In this document: one piece after another, positions 48,586 through 58,862 of the stretch
How the letters are laid out: each line of letters starts with the position of its first letter
Numbering within the stretch: position 1 is the stretch's first letter
Assembly: GCA_035281845.1 (NCBI GenBank)
Contig: DATEVL010000082.1
Location: 12,728-76,727, forward strand
Reading direction: 5' to 3'
Length of the DNA stretch: 64,000 nt
Origin: Anaerolineales bacterium
GTDB lineage: Bacteria > Chloroflexota > Anaerolineae > Anaerolineales > E44-bin32
Notes under the pieces: model-generated
Told to the model about the DNA's origin: nothing
The model's input: only the letters and a program-made list of their open reading frames with translations
The model's database searches: none
Made by a program: the position numbers and the translations under genes

Positions 48586-48712
48586 AGCACGAAGTCCCGC
48601 CCTTCGCGCCCTGCCCCCCGGGGGGCGCCCGCCCTCACCCCTTCGGGTGCGCCGAAGGGCGTGGCGCCCTGTAGAGGGCGAAGGGGCGTAGAGGGCGTAG
48701 CACGAAGTCCCG
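48586..48712. repeat. GC-rich modular repeat (family B) flanked by 14-bp direct repeats
   Basis: CTCACCCCTTCGGGTGCGCCGAAGGGCGTGGCGCCCTG is identical to 13031-13068 and 57876-57913. AGCACGAAGTCCCG occurs at 48586 and 48699. Confidence 0.9.
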
Positions 48713-48871
48713 GGTGCAACGAGGGATGCAGGACACCTGCACGGAGCGACCTGTAGGGGTGAAGTCCACTTCCATTCCTGCCCAGGACGCGGCGTCCTCG
48801 ACAGGACGCCGGGGCGGCGTGGCGTCGGTGGAGGGGTACTTTGCCCAACCCAAGGGCGGATCGAGCGGTTC

Positions 48872-50173
48872 GTGATTCCGGGACGCCCGCGACGCGGCTT
48901 CATCCTCGGAACCTTTTTCGTTTTCATCTTCCTCCACCAAACCGACCGCCTCCTCATCAGCCCTCTGACCACCGACATCATGCTGGAATTCGGCATCGGC
49001 AAGGCGCAGATGGGCCTGGTCTCCTCGGCGGCGCTGTTGGTCGGTGGGGTGATGTTCCTGGTGTGGGGGTACCTCTATGACCGGTACGCCCGTGCTCCGC
49101 TGCTGGCGCTGGCCTCCTTCCTGTGGGGAGCGACGACGTGGCTCAGCTCCCGCGCGCCGACCTACCCGACGTTCTTGCTCACCCGCGCGACCACCGGCGT
49201 GGACGATTCGAGCTACCCCGGTATATACAGCCTGGTTGCCGATTACTTCCCGCCGGCCGTGCGCGGACGTGTGTACGGTGTACTGCAGGTGGCACAGCCC
49301 CTCGGTTTCCTGGCCGCGACCATCCTGGCGCTGACCCTGGGTGCGTCGCTCGGCTGGCGAAACCTGTTCTTGTTGACCGGGGCCGCCGGGATCATCCTTT
49401 CGGCAATCATCTTGGTGGGCGTCCGCGAGCCCCCGCGTGGGCAAAGCGAGCCCGAGCTGGAGGGGATCGAACAGGTCGGCCAGTATCACTTCGATCGCCG
49501 GCAGGCCGCGGCTCTGCTGCACAAGCGAAGCCTGCTCCTGTTGTTCGCCCAGGGATTCGTCGGCGTCTTCCCGTGGAATGTCATCACCTTCTGGTTCTTC
49601 GCCTACCTCGAGCTCGAGCGCGGCTACGACCCGATGCAGATCCTGCTGACGATGGGCCCGGCCGTTCTCGTTCTCTCCCTGGGGTACGTCGTCGGAGGAT
49701 CGTTGGGGGATCGGGCGTTCAAGCGGACGCGCCGAGGGAGATTGCTGGTGTCGACCGCCGGGGTCTTGCTCGGTGCCTTCTTCTTGACGCTGACGATGCA
49801 AGTGCCCAATGGAATGCCCGGGCTCTTCCTGGCATTCCTGTTGCTGACGTCACTCTTCGTCCCGTTTGCCTCGCCTAACGTCGTATCATCCGTCTACGAC
49901 ATCACCCTGCCGGAAGTCCGCAGCACGGCGCTTTCGATCCAATACTTCATCGAGGAAGGCGGGGCGGCGGTCGCTCCGTTTCTGGCCGGCCTGGCGGCGG
50001 ACCGATCGTCCCTTCAAGAAGCCATCCAGGTCATCTGTGTGACGGCGTGGCTCATCGGATCGGTCTTCCTCGGCCTGGCCGCGCGGGCGATCCCGCGTGA
50101 CATCGACGTGCTGCGCGGTCAGATGAGGGATCGGGCGTCACTGGAAAGAGAGGCGGCGTTCAGCGAGGCCTAG
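48872..50173 (+). CDS. MFS transporter (spinster-like)
   Basis: HQTDR, WGYLYDRYAR, SLVADYFPP..RGR, GSLGDR, 12-TM pattern. Confidence 0.92.
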   Translation: MIPGRPRRGFILGTFFVFIFLHQTDRLLISPLTTDIMLEFGIGKAQMGLVSSAALLVGGVMFLVWGYLYDRYARAPLLALASFLWGATTWLSSRAPTYPTFLLTRATTGVDDSSYPGIYSLVADYFPPAVRGRVYGVLQVAQPLGFLAATILALTLGASLGWRNLFLLTGAAGIILSAIILVGVREPPRGQSEPELEGIEQVGQYHFDRRQAAALLHKRSLLLLFAQGFVGVFPWNVITFWFFAYLELERGYDPMQILLTMGPAVLVLSLGYVVGGSLGDRAFKRTRRGRLLVSTAGVLLGAFFLTLTMQVPNGMPGLFLAFLLLTSLFVPFASPNVVSSVYDITLPEVRSTALSIQYFIEEGGAAVAPFLAGLAADRSSLQEAIQVICVTAWLIGSVFLGLAARAIPRDIDVLRGQMRDRASLEREAAFSEA

Positions 50174-50439
50174 CGGCGACACGGCAGGGGTCCGCCGAGA
50201 GCGACGTTCGGCAGTGAGCTCAAGCAACTTCACCAAACACAAATCCTCAAGACCTTGGCGGGTCTTCCACCTAGCGAGCTAACAGTGATCGCGCCTCATC
50301 GCGCGTCAACCTCCATCGGGCTCCCTGGGCACACTCCTTTCCGCCGGGCTTCGGGACGGCTAAGAGCAGGCGGGGCGGCGACGATCTTCTGCGCATAGCC
50401 ATTGGGAGGGATGTCCGCATCACGCATGAAGATCGTCGC

Positions 50440-50500
50440 TTGACCGAGTGGGTGGGGGGCTGGTATCATTTGGAAGGACCCCCACCCCCCTGGGGGGGGA
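50440..50500 (+). promoter_or_regulatory. Promoter and probable CsoR operator of the copper operon
   Basis: TTGACC (50440), 18-nt spacer, TG-n-TATCAT (50461-50469). C-tract/G-tract ACCCCCC-T-GGGGGGGG (50484-50499) is typical of CsoR sites. Confidence 0.75.
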
Positions 50501-50541
50501 TGCGACAGAGAGCGGCAACGCTCAGAGGCAAAGGTGCAAGG

Positions 50542-50811
50542 ATGGACAAGGCCGACACGATCAAGCGGCTCAAGAATATCGAGGGCCATGTCCGGGGAAT
50601 CGAGCGGATGGTGGAGGGCGATGCCTATTGCATCGATCTGATCCGTCAGATTCAGGCCGTGCAAGCGGCCCTGGGCAAACTCAACGCCAGCATTCTCGAA
50701 AGCCACATCCACTCATGCCTGATCACGGCGGTGCGAGGCGAAGACGTGGCGGAGCGGGAGCGGGTGCTGGCGGAGGTTGCCGAGGTCTACAGTCTCGCCG
50801 CCCAAACTTGA
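50542..50811 (+). CDS. csoR: Copper-sensing repressor CsoR
   Basis: RLKNIEGHVRGI.RM...YCID...Q..AV...L..HIHSC (C-H-C ligand set). Confidence 0.93.
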   Translation: MDKADTIKRLKNIEGHVRGIERMVEGDAYCIDLIRQIQAVQAALGKLNASILESHIHSCLITAVRGEDVAERERVLAEVAEVYSLAAQT

Positions 50812-50832
50812 AGAGCAAAGGAGACGAACCGA

Positions 50833-51039
50833 ATGGACACGCGAAGGTATCAGGTGCCGAACATCTCATGTGGACACTGTGTTCACACCATTCAGACCGA
50901 GCTGGCCGAACTGGCTGGAGTGCGCCGGGTTGAAGTCAACCAGGCCGAGAAGCGGGTAGCGGTGGATTTCGAACCGCCTGCGACCGACGAGGGCATCCGC
51001 CGGTTGCTGGGCGAGATCGACTATCCCGTAGCCGCCTGA
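50833..51039 (+). CDS. copZ: Copper chaperone (HMA domain)
   Basis: VPNISCGHCV, 68 aa, located between csoR and copA. Confidence 0.92.
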   Translation: MDTRRYQVPNISCGHCVHTIQTELAELAGVRRVEVNQAEKRVAVDFEPPATDEGIRRLLGEIDYPVAA

Positions 51040-51051
51040 CAAGGAATCGAT

Positions 51052-53487
51052 GTGAGCCCTGGTGAGCCGGTGCAGAAACTGACGCTTCCCGTCACGGGGA
51101 TGACTTGCGCCAACTGCGTATCGACCATCGAGCGCAACTTGCGCCGGTTGGACGGCGTCGAGCAGGCGAGCGTCAGCCTGGCTTCGGAGCGGGCCAGCGT
51201 TCAATTCGACCCGGCCAAGGTCGACGCCCGGCGCCTGGTCGAGCGCGTGCGTCGCGCGGGCTACGATGTCGCATTGGGAGATGTCCGCCTGGCCGTCTCG
51301 CGGATGGCGGACGACAGTGACGCACGGCGGCTCGAGCGGACGCTTCTGGGGCTGCCGGGAGTCGTCGAAGCCGAGATCAGCTACGCCGCCGAGCGGGCGC
51401 GGATCCGATACCTTCCAACCGAGATCACGCCGGCTGAGGTGCGCCGGGCCATCGAAGCGCAGGGCTTTGAAGCGCTGGAACGGTCCTCCGCCACCGAGGA
51501 CGTCGAACGCGACGCGCGCGAACGGGAGATCCAACGGCAGCGCCGTCGGTTGATCGTCGGGCTGGTTTTCACGGTTCCACTCTTTCTCCTGTCGATGGCT
51601 TCCGACTTCGGCCTCTTGCCGATGGCCTTTGCCCACTCGGCCGCCCTGGGATGGGTCCAGTTCGCTTTGGCGACGCCCGTCCAGTTCTACGTCGGAGGCC
51701 AGTATTACACCGGTGCCTACAAGGCGCTGCGTAACGGCACGGCCAACATGGACGTCTTGATCGCCATGGGGTCTTCGGCGGCGTACTTCTACTCCGTGGC
51801 CGTCCTGCTTGGCTTGGCCCAGGGGCACCTGTATTTCGAGACCGCCGCGGTCATCGTCACCTTGATCGTGCTCGGGAAATACCTGGAGGCGCGCGCCCGT
51901 GGCCGGACGAGCGAGGCCATCCGCAAGCTGATGCGGCTTCGACCGCAGACGGCGCATGTCGTCCGCCAGGGTGAGGAGCTCGAGATTCCGGTCGATGAAG
52001 TCCGCGTCGGCGACGTCTTCATCGTCCGACCCGGGGAGAAGATCCCGGTCGATGGACTCGTCCTGGAAGGCGCCTCCAGTGTGGATGAATCGATGCTGAC
52101 CGGTGAGTCGATGCCGGTCGACAAGGCGCCGGGCGCGGACGTGATCGGCGCGACCCTCAACCGGCTGGGCCGTTTGAAGGCCGAGGCGCGGCGAGTGGGA
52201 AACGACACGACGCTGGCGCAGATCATCCGACTGGTCGAGGAGGCGCAGGCGACCAAGGCCCCCATCCAGCGGCTCGCCGACCGGGTGTCGGCAGTCTTCG
52301 TCCCGATTGTGCTGCTCGTGGCCGCGGCGACATTCCTTGGCTGGTATCTGCTGGCGCCTACGCCCAATCCCGGCAACACGGTCTTCTCGCAAGCGTTGAT
52401 CCATGCGGTTGCCGTGCTGGTCATCGCCTGCCCGTGCGCCATGGGGTTGGCCACGCCGACGGCGGTGATGGTCGGGACCGGGCGAGGCGCCGAAATGGGA
52501 ATCCTCTTCAAATCAGGCGAGGCGCTGGAGACGGCAGGGCGGACGACCGCCGTCATCCTCGACAAGACCGGCACGATCACTCGTGGGCAGCCCTCGGTGA
52601 CGGATGTCGTCCTGCGCGAGGCCGGGAACGAAAGCGCGTTTCTGCGTCTTGTTGCCGGCGCCGAGCGCGGTTCGGAGCACCCGCTGGCGGAAGCCGTCAT
52701 AGCCTTGGCGCGAGAACGGAAGCTGCAAGTTCCCGAGCCGCAATCGCTGACCGCCATTCCGGGTGAAGGGATCGAGGCCCTGGTCGAGGGCCGGAAGATT
52801 CTGATCGGGACGACGGCCTTCCTTGCGCATCGTGGGGTGAGTCTGGATGGACTGGCCGACGAGGTCCAGGCCCTGCAGCGGCAGGCGAAGACGGCCGTGG
52901 TCGTGGCGATCGATGGACGGGCCGAGGGGGCGCTGGGTATCGCCGACGCCGTCAAGGAAGGCTCCGTCGAGGCGATCGGCCAGCTGCGCTCGATGGGCCT
53001 GCGGGTGATCATGATCAGCGGCGACAACCAGGCGACGGCGGGCGCCATCGGTGCGGAGGTGGGACTGGCTGAGACGGAAGTCCGGGGAGGGGTGCTCCCC
53101 GGGGGCAAGTCCTCCGAAGTGGCGGCCCTCCAATCGAGCGGCGAACGCGTCGCCATGGCCGGCGATGGCATCAACGATGCGCCGGCGCTGGCCCAAGCGG
53201 ACGTCGGGATGGCGATCGGTACGGGCGCGGATGTCGCCGTGTCGACCGCGCCGGTCACCCTGATCAGCGGCGACCTGCGCGGGGTGCCGCGCGCGATCGG
53301 GTTGTCGCGGCGCACGCTGCACACCATCCGGCAGAATCTCTTCTGGGCGCTGTTCTACAATGTCGTCCTCATTCCGGCGGCGGCCTTCGGTCTGCTGACC
53401 CCGGTGTTGGCCGCGGCGGCGATGGCCTCCAGCTCGGTCTTCGTCGTGACCAACAGCCTGCGGCTGCGAAACGTTCGCCTGGTCTAG
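51052..53487 (+). CDS. copA: Cu(I)-translocating P1B-type ATPase
   Basis: [51 protein letters not shown]. Confidence 0.97.
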   Translation: MSPGEPVQKLTLPVTGMTCANCVSTIERNLRRLDGVEQASVSLASERASVQFDPAKVDARRLVERVRRAGYDVALGDVRLAVSRMADDSDARRLERTLLGLPGVVEAEISYAAERARIRYLPTEITPAEVRRAIEAQGFEALERSSATEDVERDAREREIQRQRRRLIVGLVFTVPLFLLSMASDFGLLPMAFAHSAALGWVQFALATPVQFYVGGQYYTGAYKALRNGTANMDVLIAMGSSAAYFYSVAVLLGLAQGHLYFETAAVIVTLIVLGKYLEARARGRTSEAIRKLMRLRPQTAHVVRQGEELEIPVDEVRVGDVFIVRPGEKIPVDGLVLEGASSVDESMLTGESMPVDKAPGADVIGATLNRLGRLKAEARRVGNDTTLAQIIRLVEEAQATKAPIQRLADRVSAVFVPIVLLVAAATFLGWYLLAPTPNPGNTVFSQALIHAVAVLVIACPCAMGLATPTAVMVGTGRGAEMGILFKSGEALETAGRTTAVILDKTGTITRGQPSVTDVVLREAGNESAFLRLVAGAERGSEHPLAEAVIALARERKLQVPEPQSLTAIPGEGIEALVEGRKILIGTTAFLAHRGVSLDGLADEVQALQRQAKTAVVVAIDGRAEGALGIADAVKEGSVEAIGQLRSMGLRVIMISGDNQATAGAIGAEVGLAETEVRGGVLPGGKSSEVAALQSSGERVAMAGDGINDAPALAQADVGMAIGTGADVAVSTAPVTLISGDLRGVPRAIGLSRRTLHTIRQNLFWALFYNVVLIPAAAFGLLTPVLAAAAMASSSVFVVTNSLRLRNVRLV

Positions 53488-53662
53488 GCCGGAAGCCTGC
53501 GGGTCCGATCGCGTTCAGGCTACTCGAGACAAGGCAAGCGACCCACCACTTGATTCCAGGGCCGTCACCTGGGGGAGAGGTTCGCTCGAAGGGTCGTGGG
53601 GGGCGTGGGCTTGCCGCATGGGTATGAGACTGTTATCCTGGGACGTCTAAGAGAACGGCGAC

Positions 53663-54703
53663 ATGAGCAGGCTGCGACCAGAGCTTTCCCGACGGGACTT
53701 CCTCAAACTGAGCGGGGCGACCTTCGGCGCTTCCATGCTGCCACGCTTCTCCGTGGTCGGCGGGGTTCCGTCCCCGTCCGATCGGCTGTGCCGCGTTACC
53801 GAACTCGAGACGGCGATCCGCTCGCGGCCCAACCCCGAGTCTTCCGAGGTGACCGTGGCCCACCTGGACGACGTCCTGGTCGTCGGGCGCGAGGTCGTCG
53901 GCCGCGGCGTCTTCCCGCACAACCACATATGGTTCGAAACTCCCCAGGGGTTCGTCTGGTCTTCCGACGCGCAGCCGGTGCGGAACGCGCCTAACCCGTT
54001 GGAATCGCGGATCGCCGCCGAAGGAATCTGGACGGAGATCACCGTCCCCTTCGTTGACGGGCGCAGGTTGCCCGATCCTGCCGCCCCGATCCGCTACCGG
54101 CTGTACTACTCGATGGTGCTCAATGTCAACGAAGTTGTCGTCGATTCCGATGGAGCGGCGTGGTATCGGGTGGAGGACGAGAACGCCGTCGTGATGTACG
54201 CCCCGGGCGAAGCTTTCCGGCGAATCACGCCGCAGGAAATAACACCGCTCGGTCAACCGGACGCGCCCAAGGTCATCCGCGTCAACCTCGATCGGCAGGA
54301 CCTGTCGGCGATGGAGGGAGGGGTCGAGGTCTACTATTGCCGAATTTCCTCGGGTTACTCCTTCACCAAAGAAGGGGAGCGAGTCTGGAACACGCCGATC
54401 GGCCAGAACTGGACGTGGCGGAAGATGATCTCACGCCACATGTCCGGCGGCGACCTGGTTTCCGGCTACGATCTCCCCGGAGTTGGCTGGACGATTCTGT
54501 TCAGCGGCACCGGCGCCGCCGTGCATTCCACCTACTGGCACAACGACTTCGGCACCCCCCGCTCACGCGGTTGCATCAATGTGCTTCCGGAGGACGCCAA
54601 GTGGCTGTTCCGCTGGTCGAATCCTCCCGTCGCTTACAAGCCGGGCGACGTAACTTCTCTGTTTCCGAATCCGGGAACGCCGGTCGCGGTGCAGGAGTTC
54701 TAG
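53663..54703 (+). CDS. Tat-exported L,D-transpeptidase
   Basis: SRRDFLK Tat motif and YkuD motif AVHSTYWHNDFGTPRSRGCIN. Confidence 0.92.
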   Translation: MSRLRPELSRRDFLKLSGATFGASMLPRFSVVGGVPSPSDRLCRVTELETAIRSRPNPESSEVTVAHLDDVLVVGREVVGRGVFPHNHIWFETPQGFVWSSDAQPVRNAPNPLESRIAAEGIWTEITVPFVDGRRLPDPAAPIRYRLYYSMVLNVNEVVVDSDGAAWYRVEDENAVVMYAPGEAFRRITPQEITPLGQPDAPKVIRVNLDRQDLSAMEGGVEVYYCRISSGYSFTKEGERVWNTPIGQNWTWRKMISRHMSGGDLVSGYDLPGVGWTILFSGTGAAVHSTYWHNDFGTPRSRGCINVLPEDAKWLFRWSNPPVAYKPGDVTSLFPNPGTPVAVQEF

Positions 54704-54707
54704 CCGG

Positions 54708-55430
54708 ATGACAGCCCAGGACGTGACGATCCCGTTGGCGTTTCTGGCCGGCATGGCGTCTTTTCTTTCTCCCTGCGTGTTGGCTCTGGTCCCAGCCTAT
54801 ATCGGCTACTTGAGCGGCCGGTCGGTGACGGCCGAGGGAGTCGTCGTCGAGAACCGCTGGGAAACCTTCGGCCACGGCCTGGCTTTCGTAGCCGGGTTCA
54901 GCGTTGTCTTCATCTCTCTCGGCGCGGCGGCATCGTTGATCGGGGCGGTGCTCTATGACCTGCGCATTTGGCTGGCCCGCATCGGCGGTGTGATCGTGGT
55001 CATCTTCGGGCTTCACACGATGGGCGTCATCAACATTCCTTTTCTCAACTACGACACCCGCCGCCAGATGAGACCCAAGTCCGGCATGGACTATGGCTCG
55101 TCGGCGATGATGGGCGTCTTCTTCTCCGCCGGCTGGGCGCCGTGCGTCGGCCCCGTGCTCGGCGTCGTGCTGACTCTGGCCATTAGCACCGGCAACCTCA
55201 ACCAGGGCGTGATCCTGCTGGCGGCTTATTCGGCCGGGCTGGCGATCCCTTTCCTGCTCGCCGCCCTGGGCGTCGGCCGGGCAGCCGAACTCATGCGCCA
55301 GCACGGCCGCACCGTAGCCATCGTCTCGCGCGTGACGGGCGTGGTGATGGTCATCGTCGGCGTGCTGCTCTTCACCGGAACCCTGCAGACCCTGGCGCGC
55401 TTCGGGTTCTTCATTCCCCTGGGGTTGTAG
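54708..55430 (+). CDS. ccdA: CcdA/DsbD-type membrane disulfide reductase
   Basis: AGMASFLSPCVL and GWAPCVGPVL, YSAGLAIPF. Confidence 0.95.
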   Translation: MTAQDVTIPLAFLAGMASFLSPCVLALVPAYIGYLSGRSVTAEGVVVENRWETFGHGLAFVAGFSVVFISLGAAASLIGAVLYDLRIWLARIGGVIVVIFGLHTMGVINIPFLNYDTRRQMRPKSGMDYGSSAMMGVFFSAGWAPCVGPVLGVVLTLAISTGNLNQGVILLAAYSAGLAIPFLLAALGVGRAAELMRQHGRTVAIVSRVTGVVMVIVGVLLFTGTLQTLARFGFFIPLGL

Positions 55431-56009
55431 TTGGAACTCCGCTCGGCTAAGCGGTCTCGGCGCGTGACTTGGCTCGCCGCGGGCGGTGGGATGCTCTTGG
55501 GCGTGGCGATTGGCCTCATCGCCTTCACTACTCCCGTCTCATCTCCGACCCCGGCCGTTGCCGCCACCCACGGACCGGAGGCGGCTCCGGTTGTCGCCGC
55601 GCCGGCGCCGGACTTCGAGTTAGAAACCGTCGATGGCGAGTCCATCCGACTGAGCGATCTTCGGGGCAAGGTCGTGGCGGTCAACTTCTGGGCGACCTGG
55701 TGCTCGCCCTGTCGGTTGGAGATGCCGGATCTGCAGGCCAGAGCCGATGCCTACGGCGACCGCCTGGCCGTGCTCGGAGTGAACTTCGACGAGACCCCGG
55801 CCGAAGTGAAGGCCTTTCGAGACGAGGTCGGAGTGCACTTCCCGCTCTTGCTGGATCCGGGCGCAGCCGTGCAGCGCCTCTACCGCGTGGTCGGGTATCC
55901 GACGACCTACTTCATCGACCCGGAGGGTATCATTCGATTCCAGCACCTTGGATTGATGTCCGCCGAGCAGATGGACAACTACCTCGAGCAACTGGGGTTG
56001 GCTTCATGA
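55431..56009 (+). CDS. TlpA/ResA family thiol-disulfide oxidoreductase
   Basis: N-terminal TM, APDFEL, VNFWATWCSPCRLEMP, YPTTYFID. Confidence 0.95.
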   Translation: MELRSAKRSRRVTWLAAGGGMLLGVAIGLIAFTTPVSSPTPAVAATHGPEAAPVVAAPAPDFELETVDGESIRLSDLRGKVVAVNFWATWCSPCRLEMPDLQARADAYGDRLAVLGVNFDETPAEVKAFRDEVGVHFPLLLDPGAAVQRLYRVVGYPTTYFIDPEGIIRFQHLGLMSAEQMDNYLEQLGLAS

Positions 56010-56992
56010 TTCGGGTCACGTTGTTCACCAAGAAAGACTGCAGCTTGTGCGACCAGGCCAAGGCGGATCTCGCCGAGCTGCAAGCGATCGTCCCGCACCG
56101 CCTGGTCGAGGTGGACGTCGAAACCGACAGACTGCTGATGGAGCGGCACGGCGAGGAAGTCCCCGTGGTCGAGGTCGGCGCGTACACCCTGCGCGCCCCC
56201 TTCAGTCAGACCGACCTCAAGGTCGCCCTGCTCGCGGCGCAGCAGGGTCGCCCGGCCGCTCCACCGCTCACCGGTTCCGCCCGGGAGCGGGCGATCGGCA
56301 TGAATCGAATCGCCCACGGTTTCTCGCGGCATTGGCTGGCCGTCCTGAACACGATCGTCTTCCTGTACGTGGCGCTCCCATTCTTGGCGCCGGTCCTCAT
56401 GAAGGCCGGCGCGGAAAGGCCAGCGCGCTGGATCTATACAATCTATTCTCCGGTCTGTCATCAACTGGCATTCCGATCCTGGTTCCTCTTCGGGGAACAG
56501 CCGGCGTATCCCCGGGCGCTGGCCGGCACCACGCTGGCCTCCTACGGAGACTCCACCGGACTCTCCGAGGGGGACCTGCTGGCGGCCAGGCAGTTCATCG
56601 GCAATGGGCGCCTCGGGTACAAGGTCGCCTTCTGTGAGCGCGACGTGGCCATCTACGGCGGGATCTTGTTGGGCGGCCTGGCCTTCGCCCTGGTGCGCGG
56701 CCGGGTGAAGCCGCTGTCGATTTGGATCTGGTTCTTCGTCGGCGTCCTTCCGATGGCGATCGACGGTGGATCGCAGTTGATCTCGGGGATTCCGCTCTTT
56801 CCGGCGGGCTTGAGCCCGCGCGAGAGCACGCCGTTGCTGCGAACCATGACCGGGATGCTCTTCGGTGTGCTCAATGTGTGGCTGGCCTATCCGTACCTTG
56901 AGCGATCGATGACGGAGACGCGGGCGGCGGCCGCCGTGAATCTGGCCAGAGCCGACGTCGGCCCGCCGAGCTCTGCCGGACCCCCGGCGTGA
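56006..56992 (+). CDS. Glutaredoxin-like (DUF836) domain fused to a DUF2085 membrane domain
   Basis: VTLFTKKDCSLCD...VPVV, then YSPVCHQL..RS, FCERDVAIY, PMAIDG, LRTMTG. ATGA overlap with tlpA. Confidence 0.85.
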   Translation: MIRVTLFTKKDCSLCDQAKADLAELQAIVPHRLVEVDVETDRLLMERHGEEVPVVEVGAYTLRAPFSQTDLKVALLAAQQGRPAAPPLTGSARERAIGMNRIAHGFSRHWLAVLNTIVFLYVALPFLAPVLMKAGAERPARWIYTIYSPVCHQLAFRSWFLFGEQPAYPRALAGTTLASYGDSTGLSEGDLLAARQFIGNGRLGYKVAFCERDVAIYGGILLGGLAFALVRGRVKPLSIWIWFFVGVLPMAIDGGSQLISGIPLFPAGLSPRESTPLLRTMTGMLFGVLNVWLAYPYLERSMTETRAAAAVNLARADVGPPSSAGPPA

Positions 56993-57004
56993 TAAACTGG
57001 CCTC

Positions 57005-57787
57005 ATGCCCTTCCTCGACGTCGGGCCGCTGCGCATCTTCCAATTTGAATCGCTGCAATCGAATGGGGTCGAACACGGAATCCTGACTCGCCGCGGTGGG
57101 GTGAGCCCTGCGCCATGGGCCTCGCTCAATCTGGGCGCGGGTGTAGGCGACGAGTCTGAACGCGTGCAGATCAACCGCCGACGGGCGGTGGAGGCCTTGG
57201 GGCTTCGGCCGGAATCGATCTACGATGTCTGGCAGATTCACTCGGCGACGGTCGTTGTGGCCGATGGGCCGCGGGCCGAGGCCGCGCCGATCCAGGCCGA
57301 CGCCATCCTCACCAACCGGCCCGCCGTGACGCTCCTCATGCGATTCGCGGATTGCGTCCCGATCCTTCTCGTCGATCCGAGACGGGAAGCCATCGGTCTG
57401 GTGCATGCCGGCTGGCTGGGGACCGTCCGCCAGGTGCTGCGGTCGGCGGTGCGCCGAATGGCCGAGAGCTTCGGCAGCCGGCCCGAGGACTTGCGCGCCG
57501 GCCTCGGCCCCTCGATCGCCGGCCATCACTACCCGGTGGGCCCGGAAGTCGTTGCTGCGTTTCGTCAGGCCTTCGGGGAGTCGGCCGAGGCGCATCTTTC
57601 GAAAGATGGCGACCGTATCCATCTCGACCTGTGGTCGGCGAATGTCCAGTTGTTGCGCGAGGAAGGCCTGACGCAAGTCGAGGTCTGCGGCCTGTGCAGC
57701 GTCTGCCTCCCACAGGACTGGTTCTCCCATCGCGGCGAGCACGGGACGACCGGACGTTTTGGCGCGGCCCTCGCCCTGAGCGCGTAG
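57005..57787 (+). CDS. pgeF: Peptidoglycan editing factor PgeF/YfiH family
   Basis: TRRGGVS, SLNLG, QIHS, ADA, FADCVPI, HAGW.G, GPSI, FSHR, GRF. Confidence 0.94.
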   Translation: MPFLDVGPLRIFQFESLQSNGVEHGILTRRGGVSPAPWASLNLGAGVGDESERVQINRRRAVEALGLRPESIYDVWQIHSATVVVADGPRAEAAPIQADAILTNRPAVTLLMRFADCVPILLVDPRREAIGLVHAGWLGTVRQVLRSAVRRMAESFGSRPEDLRAGLGPSIAGHHYPVGPEVVAAFRQAFGESAEAHLSKDGDRIHLDLWSANVQLLREEGLTQVEVCGLCSVCLPQDWFSHRGEHGTTGRFGAALALSA

Positions 57788-57826
57788 CGATGGACCACGG
57801 AGACCTAGAATCATGGCCCTGCCGCC

Positions 57827-58070
57827 ACTCACCCCTTCGGGCGCACCTTCGGGTGCACCTTGGGTGTGCGCCGCCCTCACCCCTTCGGGTGCGCCGAAGG
57901 GCGTGGCGCCCTGCCCCCTGGGCGCGCCCGAAGGGGCGTAGAGGGCGAACGGCGTAGAGGCCGAAGGGGCGAAGCCAGGACCGACTGGAGCCGGTGGCCA
58001 CCGCGCTAGCGTCCCGGAGGGGATCGCGCTTCGGCCTCTACAGGCCGCCAAGGGCGCATGCCGAAGGGCA
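57827..58070. repeat. Family B GC-rich modular repeat cluster
   Basis: CTCACCCCTTCGGG twice, GGGCGTAGAGGGCGAA, and a partial inverted CCTCTACAGGCCGCCAAGGGCG at about 58035. Confidence 0.85.
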
Positions 58071-58126
58071 TTGGGCGCCACGTAGTTTTCGTGGTGGTCT
58101 AGAGGCGACGGCTTTTCAGGAAGATC

Positions 58127-58852
58127 GTGATGACACCGCCGCAGGTAGACGCCATTCGTGTCCGGTTGGAATCCGTCCAGCGGCGGATCGCCGAGGCGGC
58201 TTGGCGATCCGGTCGAGAACCGGTGGCGGTCCGGCTGGTGACGGTGACCAAGGGCCACTCCGTCGAGACGATTCGTGCGGCCTTCAGCTGCGGGCTCCGG
58301 GCGTTTGGGGAGAACCGCGTGGAGGAAGCGCTGCCGAAGATGGCCGCGCTGGCCGACCTGAACGGCGTCGAATGGCACTTGATCGGTCCGCTGCAGAGTC
58401 GGAAGGTGCAGTTGGTCGGCACAGGGTTTACCCTGATCCACGCCGTGGATCGGCTGAAAATTGCGCGCCGTCTCCACGAGCACGCCTTGGGGGTCGACCG
58501 GCCTCAGCCGGTGCTGCTGGAGTGCAACGTCTCCGGCGAAAGCTCGAAAGCCGGCTGGCGCCTCGATGTCGAGGCTTCGTGGGAGAGTGTGCTCGGCGAA
58601 CTGCGTGAGATTTCACGCCTTCCCGGTCTCTCCGTGCGCGGTCTGATGACGATGGCGCCGTTGGGCGCCGACTCCGAGCTGCAGCGGGAGGCCTTCCGCC
58701 GATTGGCCCGCCTGCAGGAGTTCCTCGCCGCCCGGTTGGGGTGCGCGCTGCCGGAGCTGTCGATGGGGATGTCGGATGATTTCGAGGTGGCGGTGGAGGC
58801 GGGGGCGACCCTGGTTCGAATCGGGCGGGCGATTCTGGGCGAGCGGATGTAA
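58127..58852 (+). CDS. yggS: PLP homeostasis protein YggS family
   Basis: LVTVTK, FGENRVEE, WHLIGPLQSRK, NVSGESSK.G, GLMTM, LSMGMSDDF, VRIGRAI. Confidence 0.96.
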   Translation: MMTPPQVDAIRVRLESVQRRIAEAAWRSGREPVAVRLVTVTKGHSVETIRAAFSCGLRAFGENRVEEALPKMAALADLNGVEWHLIGPLQSRKVQLVGTGFTLIHAVDRLKIARRLHEHALGVDRPQPVLLECNVSGESSKAGWRLDVEASWESVLGELREISRLPGLSVRGLMTMAPLGADSELQREAFRRLARLQEFLAARLGCALPELSMGMSDDFEVAVEAGATLVRIGRAILGERM

Positions 58853-58862
58853 ACTACACCCC

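Noticed and set aside
55979..58483. Long antisense or alternate-frame ORFs (also 17494-19044, 29571-31040, 50866-52404, 51789-53327)
   Set aside because: They are R/P/G/A-rich shadow ORFs typical of high-GC DNA, overlapping well-supported genes.
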